IMG/VR virus record: IMGVR_UViG_3300045256_000094
Reading direction: 5' to 3' (one strand)
DNA: 27,052 bases
Origin: a virus
The translations under genes were made by a program, and so were the position numbers. Under the pieces are notes generated by a model. The model made no database searches. It was not told the DNA's origin and saw nothing but the letters and a program-made list of their open reading frames with translations. Below are positions 16,974 to 25,382 of the stretch, in pieces (position 1 is the stretch's first letter; the number at the start of each line of letters is the position of its first letter).

Positions 16974-17542
16974 GCCTGCTCTCCCATGCCTTCGAGTTCA
17001 CGGAAGAAGTCGTCCGTGTCGAGTGATGCCGTACCCCTGTTGGACGGCCTGCGTGCGGCACCAGGACGCCGGGGCGTGTCACGCCCGGTAGCACACGAGT
17101 CTGGCACGCCCAGGTTCTTCAAGATGCCCTTGAAGTCGCCGTCACGTTTCAGTCCGTCTGTGTTGACTTCACTGCGGACAGTCGGCTCGAACAGGCCGAC
17201 GGCCTGGATGAAGCAACGCTTGCAGTATACTGTTTCCTGCACATCTGTCACTTCAATTTTCTCCCCCGGCTTGACTTCGGGGAAGTTGTTGCCGACCAGC
17301 CCGCCCCGGCAGTTCGGGTCGGCAACGTAGATGTTGCCGTGGACGACGAAGCCCTCTTCAGGCTTGTAGATCGGCTGGTCGCAGTGGTCACAGAGGTAAT
17401 ACTGGCAACGCCGCATCTTCTCTTTTTGCTTGAGAGTGCGCTTGATCTCGTTGAGAGATGCGTTGCTGTTTTCGGCCGGAAGCTTGACGGGCTTGGGTGC
17501 GGTGGCTTCCTTGAATGCCTTCGCTCGTGGGTCGTTCGACAT
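16970..17542 (-). CDS. Hypothetical protein with Cys pairs (putative zinc ribbon)
   Basis: 190 aa. CQYYLCDHCDQ...CKRC. ATGA overlap with the phosphoesterase gene. Confidence 0.55.
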   Translation of the reverse strand: MSNDPRAKAFKEATAPKPVKLPAENSNASLNEIKRTLKQKEKMRRCQYYLCDHCDQPIYKPEEGFVVHGNIYVADPNCRGGLVGNNFPEVKPGEKIEVTDVQETVYCKRCFIQAVGLFEPTVRSEVNTDGLKRDGDFKGILKNLGVPDSCATGRDTPRRPGAARRPSNRGTASLDTDDFFRELEGMGEQA

Positions 17543-17566
17543 CTTCGGCCTCCTTGCCGATCTTCC

Positions 17567-17854
17567 TCAATAGACAGAGATTAGGTTACACCTTTCCCCG
17601 TCCTCGGTCAAGCCGACGTGCGGCTTGCCCTTGATTTCCTTGCGTTCGATCAGGTACTCGGCTGCCAACTCGTCCAGCAGCACGTTCAGTTCGGCCAGTT
17701 CGATGCCCTCGATGGCCCGGCAGTCCCGGTGGTTGTTGGGGATGTCCAGCACCGTCTCGACACTGGCGAACTGTGCCCCGCCAGCGGCGTTGGCGACGGC
17801 TTGCAGGGCGGCGATCTGCCGCTCGTTCAGGTTCTCTCCGATGAACCGGCTCAT
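17567..17854 (-). CDS. Hypothetical protein (95 aa)
   Basis: Internal ATG (MSRFIGENL) chosen because it overlaps the upstream stop as ATGA. The longer N-terminal extension is Arg-rich junk. Confidence 0.45.
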   Translation of the reverse strand: MSRFIGENLNERQIAALQAVANAAGGAQFASVETVLDIPNNHRDCRAIEGIELAELNVLLDELAAEYLIERKEIKGKPHVGLTEDGERCNLISVY

Positions 17855-18270
17855 TTCTTCCCCTTCTTCTTGGAGTCGTCCTCTTCCTCTTCCACGAGCG
17901 GGGCGTTGGGGTCGATGCGGTAGCAGGTTTCCATCCGCTTCCGGTCCCAAACGATCACCACCCGTCCTTCCTCGAAGGCGGCGTTGTTGGCGATGTCCTT
18001 CGCATCGGCCAGCACGTCCGTCTCGTCGAAGCTCTTGTACTTGTTCTTCTCTTTCGCATCTTGCAGCGAGATGTCGAACTGCTTGCCGTCCCGCCGCCAC
18101 TCCTCGCCCGGAGGGTATTCCTTCTCCGGCGTCCGTGGCTTCTCTGGCTTGGCTTGTGGCTCTGCGGCCGGTTCTTCCGTAGCCGTGGCTGTCGGGGCGT
18201 CGTCCTCGTCGGCCATCCCAGGCAGAGGGATATCCAGGTCGAGCTTCTTCTTAGACTTGCCACGAGCCAT
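17851..18270 (-). CDS. Hypothetical acidic/lysine-rich protein
   Basis: 139 aa intact ORF. Confidence 0.5.
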   Translation of the reverse strand: MARGKSKKKLDLDIPLPGMADEDDAPTATATEEPAAEPQAKPEKPRTPEKEYPPGEEWRRDGKQFDISLQDAKEKNKYKSFDETDVLADAKDIANNAAFEEGRVVIVWDRKRMETCYRIDPNAPLVEEEEDDSKKKGKK

Positions 18271-18613
18271 CGGCGACTTCCTCCAACCCGGTTATGTCTT
18301 CATTGAAGAGATAGGTGGAAGCGGTCCGCCCGTCGGCCAGGGTGATTTCCTGTCTGCGGAAGAGGCCGGTGTCCACTGCCTCCACTTTATCAAGGATGGG
18401 CAGGATTGTAAAAGGGATTTCGTAGACTTCGCCGTGGACGCCTGGGCCAGTGGGGTCTTCCACCATGCCGGGGAACCAGTTGACCCGATATAAACGAAAA
18501 GCAGGCCCGGTATGGGCCTGCCCTTTGTACTCGGCACCGTTGTTCTGGAGATACTTGTTGAGCCTACCGCCTTGCTTTAAGGTGCCATAGCAGAAGAGGA
18601 GTGTTGTTTCCAT
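18251..18613 (-). CDS. Gamma-glutamyl cyclotransferase / AIG2-like family protein
   Basis: LFCYGTLKQGG...GEVYEI...LDKVE pattern typical of the GGCT/AIG2 fold. Confidence 0.6.
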   Translation of the reverse strand: METTLLFCYGTLKQGGRLNKYLQNNGAEYKGQAHTGPAFRLYRVNWFPGMVEDPTGPGVHGEVYEIPFTILPILDKVEAVDTGLFRRQEITLADGRTASTYLFNEDITGLEEVADGSWQV

Positions 18614-19152
18614 AATGACTCAGCCATCCTTAGCACGTCGGCATCGCTGTAGTCCGACTTCGCCTTATTGTAGATCACGCACACGATTCGACAGTTGTCC
18701 TTCGTGTAGCCCTTGCCGTTGTTCGCCCGGTCAATGGACGGTCGAAACGGCGTGTGAGCCACATTATCCTGTCTTTCGAGTAGCAAGTCAACTCCAGTCG
18801 CCTCGCACTTCATCGTCTTGAGCCGTGCTTCCAACCACTCTCTGTCCAGGTCGCACTCCAGCCCATTTGTCTTCGCCCGGTTCTTGGCGGCGGTGAGCAA
18901 GTTCGTGACCATGCCAGAGAATGTGGCGTTGTAGTCCTTGCGGTATGATCTGTCGTATGCCTTGTGCTTCTCGGTCTTCCGAAGCTCCTTCTGGTAAGAC
19001 GTGAAGTAATCGGCACGCTTGTTGTATTGGTTGTAGCCACCAGACTTTTTATACTCGTTGTAGCAGGGCTTACAACGGCTACCCGGCTTGCCCTTGCTTT
19101 GAGTGAACTGATCGAGCGGCTTTGGCTCTTGGCAGATAGAACATTTCTTCAT
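18577..19152 (-). CDS. HNH endonuclease with an N-terminal zinc ribbon
   Basis: CSICQ...CKPC at the N-terminus. C-terminal HNH-like block: AHTPFRPSIDRANNGKGYTKDNCRIVCVIYN. Confidence 0.6.
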   Translation of the reverse strand: MKKCSICQEPKPLDQFTQSKGKPGSRCKPCYNEYKKSGGYNQYNKRADYFTSYQKELRKTEKHKAYDRSYRKDYNATFSGMVTNLLTAAKNRAKTNGLECDLDREWLEARLKTMKCEATGVDLLLERQDNVAHTPFRPSIDRANNGKGYTKDNCRIVCVIYNKAKSDYSDADVLRMAESLWKQHSSSAMAP

Positions 19153-19197
19153 GTCCTATCTATGCGTGTATGGCGATTTCTCACACCATAAACGAAC

Positions 19198-19219
19198 ACG
19201 CCCCGGATAACCGGGGCGT
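19198..19219 (-). terminator. Terminator-like hairpin downstream of csrA
   Basis: Perfect 9 bp stem, ACGCCCCGG-ataa-CCGGGGCGT, followed on the minus strand by GTTCGTTTAT. Confidence 0.45.
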
Positions 19220-19232
19220 TGGGACAACAACA

Positions 19233-19439
19233 TCACATCGCCTTCCTTGTTGGCTGAGTCGCATCGGGAGCGGGGCGACCGCTCTTGATGGCCTCGTAGA
19301 CTTCCTCCCGGTGGACGGGCACGTCTTTCGGTGCCACGATGCCGAGGCGAACCTTGTCGCCCCGGATTTCCACGACGGTGATCTGGATGTTGTCGCCGAT
19401 GACGATGGACTCGTTCGGCTTCCTCGACAGTACCAGCAT
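19233..19439 (-). CDS. csrA: Carbon storage regulator CsrA
   Basis: [55 protein letters not shown] Shine-Dalgarno. The ORF upstream of this ATG is Arg-rich junk. Confidence 0.85.
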   Translation of the reverse strand: MLVLSRKPNESIVIGDNIQITVVEIRGDKVRLGIVAPKDVPVHREEVYEAIKSGRPAPDATQPTRKAM

Positions 19440-19495
19440 CGCAGGACTCCTTTCCAAGAGTCGGGTAGAGTGGGACGGGGAACACGCTTCCAGCC

Positions 19496-19530
19496 GAACC
19501 ATTTATACCCACCACTGGTCCGGGTGTCAA
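19496..19530 (-). promoter_or_regulatory. Near-consensus sigma70-type promoter for csrA
   Basis: On the minus strand: TTGACA (19530-19525), an exact 17 nt spacer, TATAAAT (19507-19501). The -35 element overlaps the clpX stop codon. Confidence 0.5.
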
Positions 19531-20786
19531 GCAGCTTTATTCAAAGGTTTGCTCTGTCCGCAGACCACGCCCTTGTCGATGACAAGGTGCTGGCCGCTCA
19601 GGTCCGGCAGGTCGAACATGATGTCGTTCATGAACGACTCGATCACCGCCTTGAGCGCCCGTGCCCCGGTGCCCTTCTCCTTTGCACGCTTTGCAATCTC
19701 ATCCACGGCGTCGTCCGTGAACTCCAGGTTCACCCCGTCCATCAGGGCGATCTTACGATATTGCTTCGTGAAGGCGTCACGAGGCTGGGTTAGGACGTTC
19801 TTCAGATCGTCCACGCTCAGTTCCCGGAGCGTCGTGACCACCGGCAGACGACCGACCAGTTCGGGGATCAGCCCGTACTGCTCCAGGTCATCCTGCGTGA
19901 CCTGGGCCAGCAGTTCGTTCCGTTCCTTGTGCTTGTCGGTATCCGGGACGTGGCTGGCCCCGAACCCGATCTGGCTCGTCTTCCCGATCCGCTTGCGGAT
20001 GATGTCTTCCAGGCCGACGAACGACCCGCCGCAGATGAACAGGATGTTGGTCGTGTCCACCGGGATGTACGTCTGCTCCGGGTGCTTCCGCCCGCCCTGG
20101 GGCGGCACGTTGGCCGTCGTCCCCTCGATCAGCTTGAGGAGGCTCTGTTGGACGCCCTCACCGGACACGTCACGGGTGAGACTGACGTTGCCGCCGGTTT
20201 TGCGGAGCTTGTCAATCTCGTCGATGTAAATGATGCCCCGCTGTGCCGCCTCGATGTCGAAGTTGGAGGCGTGGAGCAGCTTCAGGATCAGGTTCTCCAC
20301 GTCCTCGCCGACGTACCCGGCCTCGGTCAGAACCGTAGCGTCCCCAATCGCAAAAGGGACGTTCAGCTTCTCCGCAAGCGTCTTGGCGAGGAGAGTCTTG
20401 CCGCTGCCGGTCGGCCCGATCAGCAGCACGTTGGACTTCTCCAGCTTGACTTCCTTCAGTTCAGGGTCGTCAATGACAGTCGCCAGAGCGTCCATGATCC
20501 GCTTATAATGGTTGGTCACGGCGACCGACAGGTGCCGCTTCGGCCCCTCTTGACCAATGATAACCCGGTCCAGGTGGGCCATCATGTCCTTCGGAGTCGG
20601 CAACTTGCCCACCCGCTGTTCCCGAGTGCTGGCAGCGATCATCTCCCGTTCGAGGACGTTGGCGCAACGACCAATGCACTCGCCGCAGATCAGATTGTTG
20701 CCCACTTCCGAGCGGACCATCGCACCGACTTTGGTGCTAGGCTGCCCGCAAAAGCTGCACTTAGGAAAAGGCTTCTTAGTTGCCAT
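19527..20786 (-). CDS. clpX: ATP-dependent protease ATPase subunit ClpX
   Basis: N-terminal C4 zinc finger (CSFCGQ...CGEC), Walker A (GPTGSGKT) and a GYVG pore loop. 419 aa. AAGGAG Shine-Dalgarno. No clpP gene lies adjacent. Confidence 0.9.
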   Translation of the reverse strand: MATKKPFPKCSFCGQPSTKVGAMVRSEVGNNLICGECIGRCANVLEREMIAASTREQRVGKLPTPKDMMAHLDRVIIGQEGPKRHLSVAVTNHYKRIMDALATVIDDPELKEVKLEKSNVLLIGPTGSGKTLLAKTLAEKLNVPFAIGDATVLTEAGYVGEDVENLILKLLHASNFDIEAAQRGIIYIDEIDKLRKTGGNVSLTRDVSGEGVQQSLLKLIEGTTANVPPQGGRKHPEQTYIPVDTTNILFICGGSFVGLEDIIRKRIGKTSQIGFGASHVPDTDKHKERNELLAQVTQDDLEQYGLIPELVGRLPVVTTLRELSVDDLKNVLTQPRDAFTKQYRKIALMDGVNLEFTDDAVDEIAKRAKEKGTGARALKAVIESFMNDIMFDLPDLSGQHLVIDKGVVCGQSKPLNKAA

Positions 20787-20875
20787 GTTGTCTCCTTCTT
20801 GTGAGCGATCCCAACGTACTGCGGCTTCCTATCTTACAGCCGTACACCCCGAGGGTAAACGGCTTTTAACTGCCT

Positions 20876-21640
20876 TCACTGACGGTACTTACGTCGATAT
20901 TCCCGCATCTCAACTTGGACATCATTCAAAATGTCTAACGACTCTTGTGTGGGTGCGGGAACTCTGTAAACCTTTGGCAACGGGGGCATTCGGGCGATTT
21001 CTTGCTCGGCCCCCAACCACATGATGATCGACAGAACGATCAACCACCCCATGTACGGTGCGTTGACGTGGAAGAACGGTGCCCCGAGAGCGTACACGCC
21101 CAAAGCCACGGCTGCTACCCTAGTAACCCAGACGAAGGTGAGGGTCGAAAGACGCTCGTTTTTCGTCAAAGCCGTCAAAATGCTCCGGCCGATCTTCGAC
21201 CCGTCCAGCGGAAACACCGGGACGAGGTTGAACACCAGCATGATGAGGTTCAGGACGAACAGCGTGGCGAAGAAGTCGGCCAGATACCCGCCGTGTTCCC
21301 CGAGGAAGTACAACGGGAAGGCTAGAACGAAATTCACGAGCGGGCCACAGGCAATGATCCAGAATTCCTCCCACGGCGACTGCTTCCGGTCGTCCACCCA
21401 GGCCAGCCCTCCGAACAAGTGCAGGGTGATAGAATCGACCCGCAGGCCAAAGTGCCGGGCGGCGAAGCAGTGACCGAGTTCGTGCAGCAGCACGATCCCG
21501 AACATCACGACCATCACCGGAAGTAGTTTGTAATTGAGCGAGGCTTGGATCGCCAAGAATATCCACCAACTCCAGTGGATATGGATGGGAATGCCGGAAA
21601 TCTTACCGATGTTGATGTTCATGCGTGTCATCCCTGACAT
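20876..21640 (-). CDS. M50-family (site-2 protease-like) membrane zinc metalloprotease
   Basis: HELGH (HExxH) and NLVPVFPLDGSKI (LDG motif), with several hydrophobic segments. The start could alternatively be at 21622. Confidence 0.7.
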   Translation of the reverse strand: MSGMTRMNINIGKISGIPIHIHWSWWIFLAIQASLNYKLLPVMVVMFGIVLLHELGHCFAARHFGLRVDSITLHLFGGLAWVDDRKQSPWEEFWIIACGPLVNFVLAFPLYFLGEHGGYLADFFATLFVLNLIMLVFNLVPVFPLDGSKIGRSILTALTKNERLSTLTFVWVTRVAAVALGVYALGAPFFHVNAPYMGWLIVLSIIMWLGAEQEIARMPPLPKVYRVPAPTQESLDILNDVQVEMREYRRKYRQ

Positions 21641-22631
21641 CCACTCTGCGGTTCTTAAGGTAGTCTGCCCACCTGAGCCGCATGTACTCGTGGTTCATAG
21701 CGAACGTCTCCCTGACGTTCACTTCTCCCTCGCCCGCCACTTCGTTGATCGTCTTGTTCTCAAAGTGGTGAACGAGCAGCAGGTGCAACGCATAGATGTC
21801 GTGCCCGGCCTCCAGCAATCGTAGTGAAAAGTCCGAGTCTTCGCAATAGGCGAAACGCAACTGCTTGTTGAAAAGACCGTAACGCTCGTAGGTCGCCCGC
21901 TCGATGCACATACACCAGCCGCAAACGTAGTCGATTTTCCCTCCGAAAGCCGCCCTGCCGCCCGACGCATTCTCGTCCAGCAGACTCCCCAAGTACCCGA
22001 CGCACTTGGTATTGGGGTTCTGCTGGAGGTAGCCCAGCATGGCCTCGCTCCAGCCCTTGTGTACCTTTGTATCCGAATTCAGCAGGATCAGGTACTCGCC
22101 TTTACCGAATGAAGCCAGTTGGTTGTTCGGCTCGTTGAACCCCATGTTCTGCTCGGACCGGCACCACTCCAGCTTGCCCTCCAGCTTTACCTTCATCTCG
22201 TCGAGGTAGTCCTGCATCTCCTGATTGGACCCGTTGTCCCAGATGTAGATGGTGTAGTTCGTGGTGTTGGCGACGACCGACTCCAGGCACATCTTCAGGT
22301 ACGGCAGTTGGTTACGCACCACGATCAGGATGTCCTTCGAGGCGTCCTTCGCCATGTTGGCGTAGGTGAGTTCTTTCAGTACGGCATCTCGGTTCTGGGC
22401 GAAGTGGTTCTCCGTCAGTTCCTTAATGCGGTTCTGCTTGATCTGGTGCCAGACCGCCTGGGAACACTCCTCGCTACAGATCGGCTGATTGACGTTCAGG
22501 TCACGCCACGGTGTCGAGGCGGAACATACGAAGCAGGGGGCGTTGATCGAGACGGGCAGGTAAGTCGAGCCGTTGAAGTGGAACTGATCCTTCATCGGCT
22601 TGGCCGTCGGGTAGCGTGCGTCGAATTTCAT
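21603..22631 (-). CDS. Family-2-like glycosyltransferase with an N-terminal Cys-containing extension
   Basis: ILIVVRNQLPYLKMCLESV...YIWDNGS...ILLNSDT, the GT-A DxD-type pattern. The first 100 aa carry CFVC...CSEEC. Confidence 0.65.
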   Translation of the reverse strand: MKFDARYPTAKPMKDQFHFNGSTYLPVSINAPCFVCSASTPWRDLNVNQPICSEECSQAVWHQIKQNRIKELTENHFAQNRDAVLKELTYANMAKDASKDILIVVRNQLPYLKMCLESVVANTTNYTIYIWDNGSNQEMQDYLDEMKVKLEGKLEWCRSEQNMGFNEPNNQLASFGKGEYLILLNSDTKVHKGWSEAMLGYLQQNPNTKCVGYLGSLLDENASGGRAAFGGKIDYVCGWCMCIERATYERYGLFNKQLRFAYCEDSDFSLRLLEAGHDIYALHLLLVHHFENKTINEVAGEGEVNVRETFAMNHEYMRLRWADYLKNRRVDVRDDTHEHQHR

Positions 22632-23422
22632 ACACCATCATTATAGTGAAACGCCACGCTTTCACGATCCCGAACAATCGCCTCGTGCAGCCCCACGCTC
22701 TTGAACGTGTCTTCGAGCAGCCGCCTGTTGGCTAACAGGTCGGAGGGTTTCATGACCACCTTGTCCAAGACAAGCTCGTGGTGGGCGAGGTTGTACACGT
22801 TCTTCCCGTGGTAGCGGTAGATGTACTGGTGCCCCTGCGGCATCTGCACCACCGTGCCCAGCTTCACCAACTTCTGCAACACGTTCAGGTCTTCCTCCTT
22901 GTGCTGCTGGCCTGTGTACTCTGGGTACAGCAGGGAGTTGAAGTGCCTATAGGCGTCCTTACGGAACATGATCGCCCCGCACAGCATAGTCGCCCAGAAT
23001 ATCTCTTCTTTGCTCCAGTCGATCCAGTAGAGTGACTTCGTATGCTCGAAGTATTTCAAGTGTTGGCTATATGCCGAGGCTACGGCGTTCGGCATGTACA
23101 TCATGTGTGTGGCGATACGGGCCGGATGGTGAAAGTCGTCATCGTCCCACTGGCAGATGAACTCTCCCCGAGCTATCCCGACAGATAGGTTTCTCAGTGA
23201 AGCCAACGAGATCGTAGGCGACACTTCCACCATGACGATAGACGGGTCGTTCAGTGCGTCTACATACTGCCTCAACGTCTTATTGGACTCAGGCTGGCCC
23301 TGAGCAACAATAACGAGTTCTTTGTTTGGGTATGTTTGATTGAAATAGTTACAGATCGCCTGTGCGGCTAGTTCCGCCCGGTCTTTCGTAACCATTACAC
23401 AACTAACTAGCTTCGTGTTCAA
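22628..23422 (-). CDS. GT-A fold glycosyltransferase, paralog A
   Basis: SCVMVTKDR...ELVIV...ICQWDDDDFHHP. ATGA-type overlap with the upstream GT2 gene. Confidence 0.6.
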   Translation of the reverse strand: MNTKLVSCVMVTKDRAELAAQAICNYFNQTYPNKELVIVAQGQPESNKTLRQYVDALNDPSIVMVEVSPTISLASLRNLSVGIARGEFICQWDDDDFHHPARIATHMMYMPNAVASAYSQHLKYFEHTKSLYWIDWSKEEIFWATMLCGAIMFRKDAYRHFNSLLYPEYTGQQHKEEDLNVLQKLVKLGTVVQMPQGHQYIYRYHGKNVYNLAHHELVLDKVVMKPSDLLANRRLLEDTFKSVGLHEAIVRDRESVAFHYNDGV

Positions 23423-24215
23423 ATGCCACCCCCTCTCTACTCATAACGTTTACTTTGCCAAACTTGAAATAGCCTAACGCCGTCTCGATGTCCGCACGGC
23501 GTCGAAGGATGTATTCGAGCCAGTTCGAGCGGAGGTTGGAGATGTCGGAGTGGTGCGTATAGTCGTACACCTGATTGCAGCCGTGTTGTGAATAGACGTG
23601 CATCCACCCGATATCGTTAATCTGTAATATGTTCTTCTTCGGGACATGCCGCACAAGATCGTTGAGTAATACAGAGTCCTCACCGGCCCGGCAGAACTTA
23701 CCACGCTCCGGGTAACGGAACGGCAGGTGTCGGTAGATCATGATCGTGCCGGGGATCAATGTATTATGATACTGGCCGTCGCTGCCATAGGTCTTCCAGT
23801 CATCCCAATACATTCTGGAAGTATTGAAGTAGTAGTGTAACTGGTTGGTTAAGAAGGAGGCAGCGGCGTCGGCCCGTCTCATCCTCGAATACTGTGCGAA
23901 GAGGCGTGTCGGGTAGGCGAAGTCGTCGTCGTCCCACTGGCAGATGATGTCGCCGCTGGCGGCATAGATCGAGATGTTACGCAATTCGCCGAGGGTGTAA
24001 CTTCCCTTTAGCCAAATCGTCCGTGCGGGAACGCCGTTCAGTTCGGCTTCGAGTTGGTGTTGATACTCGACCGGCCCCTCGTTGACGATGACGAGTTCTT
24101 TGTTGGGGTAGGTCTGATCGGCGAAGCAACGGATGCTTCGCTTGGCGAACTCCAGCCGCCGGGCGGCTGTGACCATGAGGCAGGATATCTTTGGTAAAGG
24201 CTCGACGTTGAACAT
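23403..24215 (-). CDS. GT-A fold glycosyltransferase, paralog B
   Basis: ISCLMVTAARR...ELVIVNEG...ICQWDDDDFAYP. It clearly resembles paralog A. Confidence 0.6.
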   Translation of the reverse strand: MFNVEPLPKISCLMVTAARRLEFAKRSIRCFADQTYPNKELVIVNEGPVEYQHQLEAELNGVPARTIWLKGSYTLGELRNISIYAASGDIICQWDDDDFAYPTRLFAQYSRMRRADAAASFLTNQLHYYFNTSRMYWDDWKTYGSDGQYHNTLIPGTIMIYRHLPFRYPERGKFCRAGEDSVLLNDLVRHVPKKNILQINDIGWMHVYSQHGCNQVYDYTHHSDISNLRSNWLEYILRRRADIETALGYFKFGKVNVMSREGVAFEHEAS

Positions 24216-24217
24216 GC

Positions 24218-24245
24218 ACTAAATGAGAAAGCCCCGGCCAAAACC
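24218..24245. terminator. Perfect 11 bp stem-loop at the boundary of the GT operon
   Basis: GAAAGCCCCGG-ccaaaa-CCGGGGCTTTC. Flanking U-tracts are weak on both strands. Confidence 0.4.
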
Positions 24246-24256
24246 GGGGCTTTCTA

Positions 24257-24472
24257 TCAGTACGCTGGCAGCAGGTAGAACTGGTGCTGGCCGACGACCG
24301 CTTTGATTTTGTCGCAGGTGCCGCTGACGACCGATTCCACTCCGAGTTGTTCGGCACGGAGCTTGGCGAACTTCTTCAGTTCCTCCACCGCCATTCCCAT
24401 CGCCAGCGGGATGCACAGGGCTTTCTCCTGTCCCTGTGCATCCTTCTCGATGATCGTCCACGCTTCGTCCAT
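24257..24472 (-). CDS. Small hypothetical protein (71 aa)
   Basis: Internal ATG (MDEAWTII) with an AAAGGAG Shine-Dalgarno. The longer upstream extension is Arg/His junk. Confidence 0.45.
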   Translation of the reverse strand: MDEAWTIIEKDAQGQEKALCIPLAMGMAVEELKKFAKLRAEQLGVESVVSGTCDKIKAVVGQHQFYLLPAY

Positions 24473-24519
24473 GATGTACTCCTTTTCCCTCCCCACACTG
24501 GAGAGGGAAGGATTGGCGT

Positions 24520-25188
24520 TCAGTCGAGGGTGACGCCCGGCTTGGCGATGAAGCAGTGCGTCTCGGAGTCCCTGGTGATCTTCCCGTCCCGCTTCAGCGT
24601 GTTCAAGCACTGGCTGATGAGGGCGGGCATGTTCCCGTTCTTCTTGCTGACCCACGCCTTCTCGTCGAGGATCACCTTCAGGACGCTCGGCCCGTCGCCC
24701 CCGGCCCGCAGCCCCTTCTCCATGTTCTCCGGCCGGGTCAGGATGCTCCAGACGACGGAGCGGAGGCTGGGCTGACCCGGCTCGGCCTCAGCCGTCTCGT
24801 CGGCCCCGGTGGCTTCCCCGGCCGGTGCGGCACCCTCGGTGGCGGCAGCCGGAGCAGCAGCGGGCTTCCGCCCGCCCCGCTTGGCACCGGGCTTCTTGGC
24901 GGCGGCGGGCTTCTTCTTCTTGGCGAGGATGGCGGAAGCGTCGGGAACGCCCCGGCCGGACTCGTCGTCGGTGGTGGGGCTGGCAGCGGGGAGGGCGGCG
25001 ACCGGGGCGGCGATGGCCTGGGTGGTGCCGTTGGTCGGGACTTGCATCATCCCGCCGAACATGGACATGAGTTGCCGCTGGCCGGTGGTGAACTGCTTGA
25101 GGGCGGCGAAGGTCCGGTCCGCCACAGCGTCGATCTGGTCGAGAACCCCCAACATCCCCTGGTTCGGGGCAGTAGCCGTAGCGCTCAT
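24520..25188 (-). CDS. Linker-histone (H1)-like DNA-binding protein
   Basis: Start MSATATAP with a GAGAGGA Shine-Dalgarno. Central K/A/P-rich tract AKKKKPAAAKKPGAKRGGRKPAAAPAAA. C-terminal about 80 aa with a winged-helix-like pattern, reminiscent of the H1 globular domain. Confidence 0.45.
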   Translation of the reverse strand: MSATATAPNQGMLGVLDQIDAVADRTFAALKQFTTGQRQLMSMFGGMMQVPTNGTTQAIAAPVAALPAASPTTDDESGRGVPDASAILAKKKKPAAAKKPGAKRGGRKPAAAPAAATEGAAPAGEATGADETAEAEPGQPSLRSVVWSILTRPENMEKGLRAGGDGPSVLKVILDEKAWVSKKNGNMPALISQCLNTLKRDGKITRDSETHCFIAKPGVTLD

Positions 25189-25382
25189 CGTGATCCTCTC
25201 GTTTCGGCCTGAATTTGGCGTCCACCCGGTTCGGCCGCAGCCGGGTGAACTTCGGTGATCGAGAACGGTCCGCTGCACCGATTATAAACCGGAGTGCGGC
25301 GTTGTAAAGGGTGCCTCTTATAAATTTCTCGCCCCAAGACTCTCATAGGGGGTCAGAGACTACACAACGAATGGAGGCAACT

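Noticed and set aside
17855-18100. N-terminal 82 aa extension of the 17567-18100 ORF
   Set aside because: The extension is Arg/Gly-rich and would overlap the upstream gene. The internal ATG forms an ATGA junction instead.
19156-19530. 124 aa Arg-rich ORF covering csrA
   Set aside because: The CsrA frame carries the conserved family sequence. This ORF is the overlapping junk frame.
20836-20870. Imperfect 6 bp stem, AGCCGT...ACGGCT, between the M50 and clpX genes
   Set aside because: The stem is short, the loop is 14 nt and there is no U-tract on the coding strand. It is not convincing as a terminator.
24788-25225. Arg-rich ORFs on both strands within the H1-like gene region (24556-25258)
   Set aside because: They are created by the Lys/Ala/Pro codon-rich tract read in other frames.
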